From NCBI GenBank assembly GCA_965249785.1, contig CBDFMU010000023.1:16499-80498 (forward strand): 64,000 nucleotides of DNA. Direction: 5' to 3'. The position numbers and the translations under genes are program-made. This stretch comes from Saprospiraceae bacterium (GTDB lineage Bacteria > Bacteroidota > Bacteroidia > Chitinophagales > Saprospiraceae). How positions within the stretch are numbered: position 1 is the first letter of the stretch; each line of letters opens with the position of its first letter. Under the pieces are notes generated by a model that was not told the DNA's origin, ran no database searches, and saw only the letters and a program-made list of their open reading frames with translations. Positions 36,524-45,845 of this stretch are shown in pieces.

Positions 36524-37618
36524 ATGAAAAAATATAGTCTGCCGCTCATGTATATGTTGGTCTCCATGTTGATGTTAGCCAATTGCGTCCGCGAAATTGA
36601 CTTTCAGGAAGCCGATGCCGACCAGTCTTCGCTGGTGGTAAGTGGTGCCTTCACCGACGGCAACGGACCACACATTCTTCATCTGACCCGGCCTGGCAAT
36701 TACGACAGACAAGTTTTTCAGCCCGTCCTAAATGCCGAAATTCGGCTAACCGACGATGTAGGGAATACTTATAATTATCAGCCAGTGATCCCCACTGACC
36801 AACCAGCCTATTACGAACTGCGCGGTGTGAAAGGCGAGATTGGACGGACATACACGCTGGATATTCAATTAGCCAATGGCGAGCAATACCGCTCTCATCC
36901 GCAGATCATGCCCGAGCCAGTTGGACTGGATACAGCGGAGGTACATGGCGAATGGTACACCACTACTACCGCCAATGGAGACGTAACGCGTACGCCTTTT
37001 GCTTTTGCTTATGCTCGCACGGCTGCCCCCGCCATCACCAAAAACCGCTACCTGCACTGGGAGTGTGAGGCAATCTATGTTTTTAGTGAAATCGTGCCTA
37101 AAACCTACGAAATTTTCCCACACTCCTACCAGTGTTTTATTAGTAACCGCCTCAGCGACCAAGTGGTGGCCATAGCTGACCTGAGCAAATACACGCCCGG
37201 CAGCGTGGTCTATGAAAATGTAGGTAAACGGAAAATTGACCAGGCTTTTGAGCAGCGAATTGCCTTTGCTGTTTATCAGCGGACCATTGGTCGGGAGGCT
37301 TACGAATACTGGAATAAGATCAATAAACTGCTTACCGCTGATGGTACGATCTTCGACGCTCCACCAGCCGCCGTGCCCGGTAACGTGGAAAATATCACCC
37401 ACCCGAATTCCCCGGCACTGGGTTTATTTGAGGTAGGGGCCGCTGATACAGTGCGCGTTTTTACGGTCAATGGACAATTGGGCAGCGAGTTCTTGTTGCA
37501 TAACACGCCTTATTGCGATATAGACTATAGTTTCGGACGACCACCCGTGAATCATCCAGAATGCGATAACTGTTTACTATTAAAAGGTGCGGTTTATGAT
37601 GTACCCTGGTGGTGGTAA
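36524..37618 (+). CDS. DUF4249-family lipoprotein (paralog 2)
   Basis: Same length (364 aa) and collinear with 35352..36446 (LANCVREIDFQE.DADQS.LVVSG.FTDGNGPHIL ... CDNCLL..GA.Y.VPWWW). Confidence 0.65.
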   Translation: MKKYSLPLMYMLVSMLMLANCVREIDFQEADADQSSLVVSGAFTDGNGPHILHLTRPGNYDRQVFQPVLNAEIRLTDDVGNTYNYQPVIPTDQPAYYELRGVKGEIGRTYTLDIQLANGEQYRSHPQIMPEPVGLDTAEVHGEWYTTTTANGDVTRTPFAFAYARTAAPAITKNRYLHWECEAIYVFSEIVPKTYEIFPHSYQCFISNRLSDQVVAIADLSKYTPGSVVYENVGKRKIDQAFEQRIAFAVYQRTIGREAYEYWNKINKLLTADGTIFDAPPAAVPGNVENITHPNSPALGLFEVGAADTVRVFTVNGQLGSEFLLHNTPYCDIDYSFGRPPVNHPECDNCLLLKGAVYDVPWWW

Positions 37619-37619
37619 G

Positions 37620-37644
37620 ATAGTAAAGTTGAGAGGTTAAGATA
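37620..37644 (-). repeat. GTTGAGA-box element, truncated copy E
   Basis: ATAGTAAAGTTGAGAGGTTAAGATA begins 2 nt after the TAA stop at 37616-37618. Only the GTTGAGA end is present. Confidence 0.55.
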
Positions 37645-37680
37645 GTGGTAGAACCGCATAGCGGTGACATTGTAATGCAG

Positions 37681-39774
37681 TTATTTCCGCATCAGCGATA
37701 CAGCGCAGCCGCCGCCGGGAGCCAGCGTTAATTTCAGCAGGGATGCTTTGGTAACGGTTACTTTGCGAATATTTACTGCAGTCGGATTTGTTTCCCAATC
37801 GGCACCTTTTGCATCTTCATAAATGGTGGCCTCGTACTGTTTGCCTGTTTCCAGGAAATTCAATTTAACGGTCAGCACGCGCGCTTTTTCATCAGTAATG
37901 CTGCCGAGAAACCAATTCTGGGTGCCCTTCGCTTTGCGAGCAATAGTCACGTAATCACCGACGGCTGCGTTCAGTACTTTCGTGTCGTCCCAATCCACGG
38001 CCACGTCGCGAATGAACTGGAAAGCAGGCTGATTGGCGTAGTTTTCAGGCAAATCTGCCGCCATTTGCAATGGCGAATACATGGTTACATACAAGGCCAG
38101 CTGCTTAGCGACCGTCGTGTGTACCTGATGACCTTCCCGGCTGTATTTGGCAAATTTAATATCAAAAATACCCGGTGTATAGTCCATCGGGCCGCCCAGC
38201 AAGCGGGTGAAAGGCAAAATAGTCTCGTGTTCGGGTAAGTTCCCACGGCTGAAAGCATTGAATTCATTGCCACGGGCGGCTTCGCAAGCCATGAAATTCG
38301 GGTAAGTGCGATGTAAGCCAGTCGGACGCACGGGTTCGTGAGCATCCACCATAACTTTATCTTTAGCGGCTTTTTCTATAACGCGATTGTAGTGGTTTAC
38401 CATCCATTGACCATCGTGCCATTCGCCGCGCGGAATGATTTTGCCGACATAGCCCGTTTTAATAGCGTGCAATCCCAATCCCGTCATCAGCGCGTAGGCT
38501 TTATCATTGTATTTTTCGTAACTCGTGGCTGCGCCGGAAGTCTCGTGGTGCACAATGATTGGGGTGCCTTTTTCAATACTGTATTTCGCCAAACCCGGCA
38601 AATCATAGTCGGGATAAGGCGTTTGAAAATCAAAAACGTCTTCTTTCCATTTGCCAAACCAATCTTCCCAGCCAGTGTCCCAGCCCTCCACCAACACGCC
38701 GTTGAAGCCATTAGCTGCTGCAAAATCAATATATTTTCTAGTATTTGCGGTAGTAGCACCGTGCTTGCCGTGCGGTTTACCACCGATGCTATCGGCATAA
38801 CTCCAGGTCGCTTTACCGATCTGCATTTCCCACCAAATACCCACGTATTTAGTCGGTTTGATCCAGCTGACATCTGCGATTTTATTTGGTTCGTTGAGGT
38901 TCAGGATCATCCTGGAATTCAATAAACCGGCGGCATTGGAAGAAATAAGCACAACGCGCCACGGCGTAGCAAAACCAGCTGGCACCTTGGCTTTAACAGG
39001 AGGATTGGGCGAGGGCACCAGATTGGCTGTAAACTTGCGCGTCGCATTGTCCACGTGTAGTTGCATGGCCGGGAAATTCACCAACGCGGCTTCGTGAATG
39101 GCCAAATGCACGCCTTCCGTCGTTTTGAAAGTAATCGGCGTGGCAACATTTTTCATGTCAATCACGTGCATCGTCGCGATGGCCGTTTCTTCTTTCAAAT
39201 AAGGTGTGGCATCTATTGTGCTGATCCTGGAAGTAGTGTAGCGATATTCATTGCTATCATAATCGCCTGGTATCCACCAGGTTGTGTGGTCGCCGAGCAT
39301 TTGAAATTCCGTCAATTCTTCCTGCACCATCAGCGGCATATCCTGCCCTTTCATATCGGGGAAGGTGTAACGAAAGCCAAACCCGTCGTCGAAAACCCGA
39401 AAAGTGAGTAGTAGCGTTGTAGCGTTGGCAGTTTGTAGCGTAACGAACAGTTCGTTGTAATGATTGCGAATCTGCGCGACTTCCCCCCAAACCGGCTTCC
39501 AGGTTTCATCGAAAGTGGCGGTTTTATTAGTCTTTATCTTGAATTTATCCTGCAAATTCATGCCTTGCATGACGAAGCCCAATCTCGATTTTCCAACCAC
39601 TGCTTTGCCATTGAAAGTAGTCGAATAGAATGGTTCGCCGTTTGTAGTCAGACCGAACTGGACTTTGATCCGGCCATTGGGAGAGGCAACGGGGGTCAAA
39701 AGAGTTGCAGTTTGAGCCAATAAGGAACAAGCCGTAGTCAGACAAAGACTGAGCAGCAGAAAAAAGTGCTTCAT
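37681..39774 (-). CDS. glycoside hydrolase family 97 (alpha-glucosidase/SusB-like)
   Basis: 697 aa with signal peptide. SPNGRIKVQF..GEPFYS..FNGK..SRLGF N-domain and the overall GH97 pattern recalled from SusB homologs. Confidence 0.75.
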   Translation of the reverse strand: MKHFFLLLSLCLTTACSLLAQTATLLTPVASPNGRIKVQFGLTTNGEPFYSTTFNGKAVVGKSRLGFVMQGMNLQDKFKIKTNKTATFDETWKPVWGEVAQIRNHYNELFVTLQTANATTLLLTFRVFDDGFGFRYTFPDMKGQDMPLMVQEELTEFQMLGDHTTWWIPGDYDSNEYRYTTSRISTIDATPYLKEETAIATMHVIDMKNVATPITFKTTEGVHLAIHEAALVNFPAMQLHVDNATRKFTANLVPSPNPPVKAKVPAGFATPWRVVLISSNAAGLLNSRMILNLNEPNKIADVSWIKPTKYVGIWWEMQIGKATWSYADSIGGKPHGKHGATTANTRKYIDFAAANGFNGVLVEGWDTGWEDWFGKWKEDVFDFQTPYPDYDLPGLAKYSIEKGTPIIVHHETSGAATSYEKYNDKAYALMTGLGLHAIKTGYVGKIIPRGEWHDGQWMVNHYNRVIEKAAKDKVMVDAHEPVRPTGLHRTYPNFMACEAARGNEFNAFSRGNLPEHETILPFTRLLGGPMDYTPGIFDIKFAKYSREGHQVHTTVAKQLALYVTMYSPLQMAADLPENYANQPAFQFIRDVAVDWDDTKVLNAAVGDYVTIARKAKGTQNWFLGSITDEKARVLTVKLNFLETGKQYEATIYEDAKGADWETNPTAVNIRKVTVTKASLLKLTLAPGGGCAVSLMRK

Positions 39775-39858
39775 ATAAAGGAAAAAGGTGGTAGGTGAAA
39801 GGCCAGGATGGTTGGCGGTAAAGGTACAATCGTTGGAAGGATTTCTTTCTTATGGAAT

Positions 39859-39951
39859 TATAGTTAACGCAGAGTGGTTTTGAACGAAAGAAAATGCAAA
39901 GTGCTGGCAATCAAATATCTCAACATTCTCAACCTCTCAACGTCTACTATA
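39859..39951 (+). repeat. GTTGAGA-box element, copy F (93 bp)
   Basis: TATAGTTAACGCAGAGTGGTTTTGAACGAAAG..CAATCAAATATCTCAACATTCTCAACCTCTCAACGTCTACTATA. It ends 12 nt from the stop of the minus-strand gene 39963..40592. Confidence 0.85.
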
Positions 39952-39962
39952 ATAGTGCTTTT

Positions 39963-40592
39963 TTATTGTTTTGGTTCTATATTCAGTTGTATCAAGCCTT
40001 TATCTCGTAAACCAAAATGATCAGGTACCCAACTGCCGTCTGGTAGCTGGTAAGTAGTAAGTTGCCATTTTGCTCGCAGCGTCGCGCCATTCGCCTGCCG
40101 GATAGATAAAGTGTAATACCGAAAGTACCGGAATAAATGGGTGGTAGAAAAGAAATTCCAGCCATAATAATAAGGAATAATACTGCGAGACACCTGGAAA
40201 ACAGCCTGATCGTTCGAGTCAATAATCACTTCATACCCCTGGTTAATACTATCTGATACATTAGCTACTGCTTTTCCTAAAAAGAACTCCCGGCCCTGGC
40301 CATCTACTACGCTCAATATGTTGTTGGAATATAGGTTGGTTTGGAGCGTCATCTGTGGATTTTTGGTGCTGCCAACCCGAAAAAGCCAGTCTTGTAAAAT
40401 ATATGCGCCATCAGATAATTGATAAACTGGTGGAGATAACTGACTCCAAACAATGTGCGCCAGCCGCGCCCGTGGCTCATAATAACGTAGTAAGCGATCA
40501 ATATCTATATAGCGCGTAAACACGGCTATTATTAATAGAAGAACTAGAAAAATGTATAGAAAAATCAATTTACAGGTATTAAATTTTGTCAT
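39963..40592 (-). CDS. hypothetical N-terminally anchored protein
   Basis: From ATG 40592: MTKFNTCKLIFLYIFLVLLLIIAVF TM anchor. Low GC. No recognisable motif. Confidence 0.45.
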   Translation of the reverse strand: MTKFNTCKLIFLYIFLVLLLIIAVFTRYIDIDRLLRYYEPRARLAHIVWSQLSPPVYQLSDGAYILQDWLFRVGSTKNPQMTLQTNLYSNNILSVVDGQGREFFLGKAVANVSDSINQGYEVIIDSNDQAVFQVSRSIIPYYYGWNFFSTTHLFRYFRYYTLSIRQANGATLRAKWQLTTYQLPDGSWVPDHFGLRDKGLIQLNIEPKQ

Positions 40593-40657
40593 GCCGAGCG
40601 AAGCCGAGACATCTGATAAAAACCACGCAAATGGCTCAACTTCGCTCGACAAGACAA
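40586..40657. repeat. imperfect palindrome related to the 2194-2276 hairpin (TTGTCATGCCGAGCGAAG arms)
   Basis: Arm 40586-40603 versus the reverse complement of 40640-40657 (16 of 18 match). It shares the TGTCATnCnGAnCGAAG head with the 2194 element. It lies between the CotH stop and the next start. Confidence 0.6.
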
Positions 40658-40667
40658 AATATGATCT

Positions 40668-42947
40668 TTATTGACTGACCATCACCCGTGTTGCCCAGCG
40701 GCTCCCTTGACTGCGCATTTCCACGGCATACATTCCCGTCGGCAAGCCATCTAATGCGAGTGAAACCGATTTTTCAGTGGTATTAAAATCGCGACGTTGT
40801 ACTATTTCCCCTAGTGAATTGCTCACTTGTACACTGAAAGGCCCTGCTAATTCATTCGGCAGCGTTACTTGTAAACGCCCGGAAGTTGGATTAGGGAATA
40901 CTTGCAAATTACCCGCCACCAATTCGCGCGTATTAGTGTTTACAATATGAATGACTTGTTCGGTTGTCGCGCTGCACCCATATTCAGTAGACACCGTCAA
41001 ATGAATATAGTAAGTACCCGTACTAGTAAAATGGTGTGGCGGATTGGCAAGATCGGAAGTAGAACCATCGTCAAAATCCCAGGCAAAATGCAGTCCGCTA
41101 TTAGTATTAGCCAGAAACTGCCAATCCAGTGCATCCGTCGCAGTTGCTAAAAATTCAGCATTTAAAACTGGTGCTTGTTCTCCGAAAGCGTAATCCAGCC
41201 AATTGAGGCGATCAGCAATCCAGTTTTTCATCTTCTGCACTTCGCCCGCATAAGTAGTGGGCAAAGCACCCGGATTGGGCCATACATACACACCCAGAAT
41301 AGGCCAGTAATTGAAATTACGCACTTGTGCTTCTTGAATTACGGCAGCCATAGAGTCCATTGTGGCGAAAATACTATCCTGGCTCAGGGTAGTTTCCCGC
41401 AATAAGTGCCAGCGACAAGCGGCATTCTGACTAAAAGCAGTGTCGGCAAAAAGGCGTTCCCACCAGAAAGGCACACCGGCATCCTCACAAATATAATTAA
41501 GATTATAAGCCCATCCCTGTGGCTGGAATGCTTCGCAATAATCGGCATTATACCACGCCAGATCATAGTCCCAGACTGGCCCCATCGCAAGTTTTTCGTT
41601 CCGGTTTTTATGGAAATAAGTACTAAGCCGATAGCCATCCACATTGCGGCTCATTTCGTTCATATACATATAATCTATAAAGGATTTCTCCTTGGCGAAG
41701 TGCCGCCAGCCCACCGTACTATCCTGAAAATCAACACTATGCAAGGCCACTTCAAAGCTATCCAGGTAAGATTGGATGTAAGCCTTTTGGAGTGGATCAA
41801 TCTTATCCGGCTTCGGATATTCGTTTTGATAATAAGGAAAAGTGCTCGGATGATTCGGGGTCGAAAACTGCGAAAACCAACCTGGCGAGTCATCTCTGTC
41901 TATTTTGACAATATAGCCGCCAGTCAGTTTTTTACCCGTCGTATCGGCCTCGCTCATCTTGCTGATATCTACTTGATTCTTACCGCGCTTGATCTTTTCC
42001 GTCAACACATACACCCCCTGATAAGTGTGATCTACTACTACCTCGCAGAAACGAGTACGGGTAGCGTAGTGTCCAGTGCGGCGCGCCAGCTCATAAGTCA
42101 ATGGGTTGCGCATCAAGGTTTTATCCGAAAAATTGGCTGACAATACAAAATCACTGGTGGCGGGCAAATGCAGGAGCACCGTGTCTATTTCTTCTCCGGC
42201 AACATCGCGGGTTTCGATGCCATAAGATTTTTTAGGAAAACTCTGTGTACTGTTGCCATGCAATTCTATTCCAATTAAACCCGTATAAGCAGATGTCAAC
42301 TGGTGAATATAGTTTCTTTGGCCCGATCCATTATCAATAATGCGCATTTGGGCATTAATTTTGGGGTCATCCACAATTGGTTGCCCATCGCTATCAATAA
42401 TTAAAATAGGCAAATTACTCGACGTAAAAGGGAATGGTTTGCAGGGATTTGTGCCAAACGTAATGCTCCAATCAAAGAGTTCACCTGTATCGGCAAAAGC
42501 ATAGGTATCTAGAATAACTAGTTGCCAGATACCATTCGGATTTTGGCCATTATTCAACGCACCCATGTCGCCAAAAGGCCGAAAAGTGCCGGTATAAGGG
42601 TAGGCTGCGTTAAAAATAGACTCCATTTCATTTCCACTCAGGCAGGTATTAATAAATCCATCCTGATCGCCGCCAATATTAGAAAACAATGGAATAATAG
42701 TGCCATCTGGTGCGCGCAGACTAATCGCCAAATCAGAATCCCACGTGTGGGTGAGATTAAGACATACGCTCACCAGGCCAAAATTCGTCGTATCCACTGC
42801 ATTGGCGGAAAGCCCGCTCACTGGCAGATCATAGACAATAGTAGTGCCGTCGTCGGGAATAGCACTACCGGTTGCCGTAAAGGTTTGGGCAAAGGAGAAC
42901 TGGGAAAAAACAAAGACAGAAATTAGTAGCGAGTACAGTTTGACCAT
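40668..42947 (-). CDS. CotH-family protein with proprotein-convertase P-domain, PKD domain and T9SS C-terminal domain
   Basis: From ATG 42947: signal VFVFSQFSFAQ. P-domain block LNLTHTWDSDLAISLRAPDGT. CotH core (GIELHGNSTQSFPKKSYGIETRD..). PKD (FAWDFDDGSTS..GTYYIHLTV). Tail LQVFPNPTSGRLQVTL..GMYAVEM. Confidence 0.75.
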   Translation of the reverse strand: MVKLYSLLISVFVFSQFSFAQTFTATGSAIPDDGTTIVYDLPVSGLSANAVDTTNFGLVSVCLNLTHTWDSDLAISLRAPDGTIIPLFSNIGGDQDGFINTCLSGNEMESIFNAAYPYTGTFRPFGDMGALNNGQNPNGIWQLVILDTYAFADTGELFDWSITFGTNPCKPFPFTSSNLPILIIDSDGQPIVDDPKINAQMRIIDNGSGQRNYIHQLTSAYTGLIGIELHGNSTQSFPKKSYGIETRDVAGEEIDTVLLHLPATSDFVLSANFSDKTLMRNPLTYELARRTGHYATRTRFCEVVVDHTYQGVYVLTEKIKRGKNQVDISKMSEADTTGKKLTGGYIVKIDRDDSPGWFSQFSTPNHPSTFPYYQNEYPKPDKIDPLQKAYIQSYLDSFEVALHSVDFQDSTVGWRHFAKEKSFIDYMYMNEMSRNVDGYRLSTYFHKNRNEKLAMGPVWDYDLAWYNADYCEAFQPQGWAYNLNYICEDAGVPFWWERLFADTAFSQNAACRWHLLRETTLSQDSIFATMDSMAAVIQEAQVRNFNYWPILGVYVWPNPGALPTTYAGEVQKMKNWIADRLNWLDYAFGEQAPVLNAEFLATATDALDWQFLANTNSGLHFAWDFDDGSTSDLANPPHHFTSTGTYYIHLTVSTEYGCSATTEQVIHIVNTNTRELVAGNLQVFPNPTSGRLQVTLPNELAGPFSVQVSNSLGEIVQRRDFNTTEKSVSLALDGLPTGMYAVEMRSQGSRWATRVMVSQ

Positions 42948-43027
42948 TAGCAAGTAGTTATTGTGTGACAATGTTGAGTATTTGAGGATGCGAGTATTTG
43001 ATCGTATACCCAACAAACTCAATGCAA

Positions 43028-43993
43028 TTAGTAGCGTTTTACTGATTCAATAATATACAGCGGACGATTCTTGATCTCACTGTAAATATTGGATAAATAA
43101 ATAGATATTATATAAAGATTGAGACAAGTAATAGCAAAAAATATGGACATCAGCACCACTAAAAATGCCCAGCCCGATACCGTTTCTACGTGTTCACCAA
43201 AAATATCTATCTGGGTAAGCTTAACTTTGATGGCATTGACCATTGCTACCCCGGCCACGCCCACCGAAAGTAGAAAAATCCACAATAATAGGGAGCGTAG
43301 AAATGTCGTGAACGACGTGATGGCCACCAGGGAAGTGCGGAATTGTTCGCCAAAATTAGTAGCTGGATCAGTCAGGAGTGGCTCCGGCACATCGAGCCAG
43401 GCGGTGTTGTAACCGACCAGCGCGTAGTTGGCTTTTAGATACCGACTATTTTCGCGGAGGCGCAGCAGGGAATTGAGTGCCCGACGGCTGATCAGGCGAC
43501 TATGATGCGCGTAAGGGTCCAGCCGGAGGCCGGAATATTTTTGCATAATGCCGTAGAACACCTTGTATAACAAGCGATTAGCCAATGGCAATCGGCGTTC
43601 GCGCGCGCGTAAGTACACGACATCATGGCCTTGCTGACTGTACTCCCAGAGTTGCGTAACTAAGCTGGGTTTCTCCGTAAAATCAAATTCAAAGATAACG
43701 GTATAGTCGCCGTTGGCGCGGTCCAAACCGGCGAGCAGCGCGTTGTCGCGACTCACGGGTGTGCTTAGGTTGAGCAGGAAAATGTTTTTGCGCAACTCTT
43801 CTGGCAATGGCCGAATCACTTCATCAATAGCCGCCTGCTCACAATGGTTATTGACTAGCACAAATTCATAGTCACTAAAATGCGTCCGCAACTCCTCGAA
43901 TAAGCCCGTCAGCCAACCCGACAACAAGCGGATGTGCTGGTAGGATTGTATAACGCCTACTATGGAGATGAAAGAATGACGGACTTGGGTCAT
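43028..43993 (-). CDS. GT2-like (GtrB/DPM1-type) glycosyltransferase homolog with two C-terminal TM helices; acidic motifs diverged
   Basis: ISIVGVIQ..YEFVLVNNHCEQAA..ANGDYTVIFEFDFTEKP follows the GT-A layout. NNH replaces the usual DDG and FEFDF replaces the DADLQ-type motif. It ends 5 nt before the CotH ORF. Confidence 0.6.
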   Translation of the reverse strand: MTQVRHSFISIVGVIQSYQHIRLLSGWLTGLFEELRTHFSDYEFVLVNNHCEQAAIDEVIRPLPEELRKNIFLLNLSTPVSRDNALLAGLDRANGDYTVIFEFDFTEKPSLVTQLWEYSQQGHDVVYLRARERRLPLANRLLYKVFYGIMQKYSGLRLDPYAHHSRLISRRALNSLLRLRENSRYLKANYALVGYNTAWLDVPEPLLTDPATNFGEQFRTSLVAITSFTTFLRSLLLWIFLLSVGVAGVAMVNAIKVKLTQIDIFGEHVETVSGWAFLVVLMSIFFAITCLNLYIISIYLSNIYSEIKNRPLYIIESVKRY

Positions 43994-44053
43994 GGTAAAG
44001 AGTAAAGGGCAATGAGCAAAAAAGGAGTAAATGGCAACCTGCTGATTTATAGG

Positions 44054-44506
44054 TTAATTCCAGACATAGCGTTCATCGAATTCTACTCTGTATTTATGCA
44101 GGAATGCCCGAAACTCTCTTTGAAAATCTCGTTTTTGATGATGTACTGCCTGATTTTTAATGTAATTTACGACTACTTCTATTTGTGCCGGATTCACGGA
44201 AAAGGCTCCGTATCCATCTTGCCAATAGAAATTCTTATAGGCTAATCCTTTTGTTTTTATCCATTTGGATGATCTTTTCTTGACTTCTTCTAGTAAATCC
44301 ATTAACGCCACCTTTTTGGAGAGGATACATAGAATATGTACGTGGTCATGGTATCCGCCTACTTGTACGGGGTGGCATTCGAGTGCCTGGCAAACGCCGC
44401 CCAAGTAGGCGAATAATTCTGGTTTGATGGCATCGTCGATGAGGGGTTGCCGGTATTTGGTGCTGAATGTTATGTGTACGTATACTTTGGATAGGGGTTG
44501 CGACAT
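44054..44506 (-). CDS. IS200/IS605-type HUH transposase homolog, solitary (RAYT-like)
   Basis: VYVHITFSTKYR, HUH motif HDHVHIL, and catalytic Tyr context VVNYIKNQ. No tnpB or second IS gene is adjacent. Confidence 0.8.
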   Translation of the reverse strand: MSQPLSKVYVHITFSTKYRQPLIDDAIKPELFAYLGGVCQALECHPVQVGGYHDHVHILCILSKKVALMDLLEEVKKRSSKWIKTKGLAYKNFYWQDGYGAFSVNPAQIEVVVNYIKNQAVHHQKRDFQREFRAFLHKYRVEFDERYVWN

Positions 44507-44639
44507 GATGCTACGGGTTATGGATGATATTAATCTACGTTTCATAGGACGGTGTCCTATGCTAGTGATGATGCCCTTTCAAGGCTATTATGATACTAGT
44601 AGCCATGTAAGGGCGATATCGCTAACGTAGGGCGAAGCC

Positions 44640-45074
44640 TTACGCCCACTCAAAATCCTCCGCCTTAGGCCCTTCCTCCACCATCCGCCCCACGATAGCG
44701 GGCGGCACCGTCAGCTTACGAATCTGCGTATCTATCCACGACCCATCCACATTCAGAATAGCACAGAGCGTACCATCGGCGCGGGTTAGTTCATGACGGA
44801 AAGAAAAGCGGGAATAATCGCGGCGCAGTTTGGTGACCAGCACATTCATCGCCATCACATCACCGGGACGCACCTCACGCCTAAAAATAGCCTCTTCGCG
44901 GAATAAGATCGGGCCAAAATGCTGCTCCTGCATCACGGCGTAAGTTAGCCCATACTCGGCCATAAATTCCAGACGTACAGTCGCCCCCCAATCGTAATAC
45001 ACGGAATGTCGCACATGATAATTAGGGTCAAGATCGGCCCAACGCAAAGTGACCGGGCGTTGAAAAGCACTCAT
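44640..45074 (-). CDS. 4HBT/YbgC-like acyl-CoA thioesterase
   Basis: 144-aa hotdog-fold pattern (LRWADLDPNYHVRHSVYYDW.., IFRREVRPGD). It overlaps the upstream gene by 4 nt. Confidence 0.65.
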   Translation of the reverse strand: MSAFQRPVTLRWADLDPNYHVRHSVYYDWGATVRLEFMAEYGLTYAVMQEQHFGPILFREEAIFRREVRPGDVMAMNVLVTKLRRDYSRFSFRHELTRADGTLCAILNVDGSWIDTQIRKLTVPPAIVGRMVEEGPKAEDFEWA

Positions 45075-45724
45075 ACGGGGACGGTTTGTAGATTTAAAAA
45101 AGTCATCCCTTTCGGAAAAGGACGCTCCAGTAACAGTAGAATAGCATCCAAAGGCGCGTCCTGCTGCTGAAAATCCAGCTCGCCGAGATCGAGGATGACC
45201 ACCGGTGTTTCCGTTTCCGTTCTCAGATAATCAAAGTACGCCTGTTGAATTTGTTCGAGATAGGAGGGTGCGATTTGCTGCTCCATCTCGCGTCCACGGC
45301 GGCGAATATGTTCTACCAAGACTGGCACCGGACGATGCAAATACAACAGCAGATCAGGTTTGGGAAAAGTGCTATTCAGTACCGTAAATAGTCGTTGGAA
45401 TAGTCGAAACTCCTCTTCCTGCAAGTTATTTTTAGCAAAAAGCAGGGTTTTGACAAAAAAATAATCCGCTACCGTACAGGTGCGAAACAGATCGGGACGG
45501 GCGAAATGTTCCAGCAACTGCTTGTGCCGCTCGGTCATAAAAAACAGCTCGACCGGAAAGGCATAGCGGGCAGGTTGTTCGTAAAAAAATGGCAGAAAAG
45601 GATTGTCCGTAAATTGTTCCAAAATAAGCGAACAACCCGTGCGGGCAGCCATACGATGACAGAGCGTGGTTTTGCCTGCACCGATATTGCCTTCGATGGC
45701 GATGAATGGATAAGATAATGCCAC
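45071..45724 (-). CDS. deoxynucleoside kinase
   Basis: IAIEGNIGAGKTTL P-loop, ERS-like FMTERH, and RRGREMEQ (lid). Start assigned to GTG 45724 because the upstream ORF part has no homology-like pattern. Confidence 0.7.
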   Translation of the reverse strand: MALSYPFIAIEGNIGAGKTTLCHRMAARTGCSLILEQFTDNPFLPFFYEQPARYAFPVELFFMTERHKQLLEHFARPDLFRTCTVADYFFVKTLLFAKNNLQEEEFRLFQRLFTVLNSTFPKPDLLLYLHRPVPVLVEHIRRRGREMEQQIAPSYLEQIQQAYFDYLRTETETPVVILDLGELDFQQQDAPLDAILLLLERPFPKGMTFLNLQTVPV

Positions 45725-45845
45725 GCCCCTGAATGAATGTGCAAGAAATTTAAGATGCAAACAGCAGGCAAAAGAGCAAATTTGCATTAAGCAAAGTAAC
45801 GAAATCAGTTTGCCAGCTTGCCATTTGCCATTTTGCTTATTTGTT

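Noticed and set aside
44054-44545. A complete IS200/IS605 insertion sequence
   Set aside because: Only the small HUH transposase gene is present. There is no tnpB and no recognisable subterminal IS hairpin pair, and I see a single copy in the window. I therefore called it RAYT-like rather than an IS.
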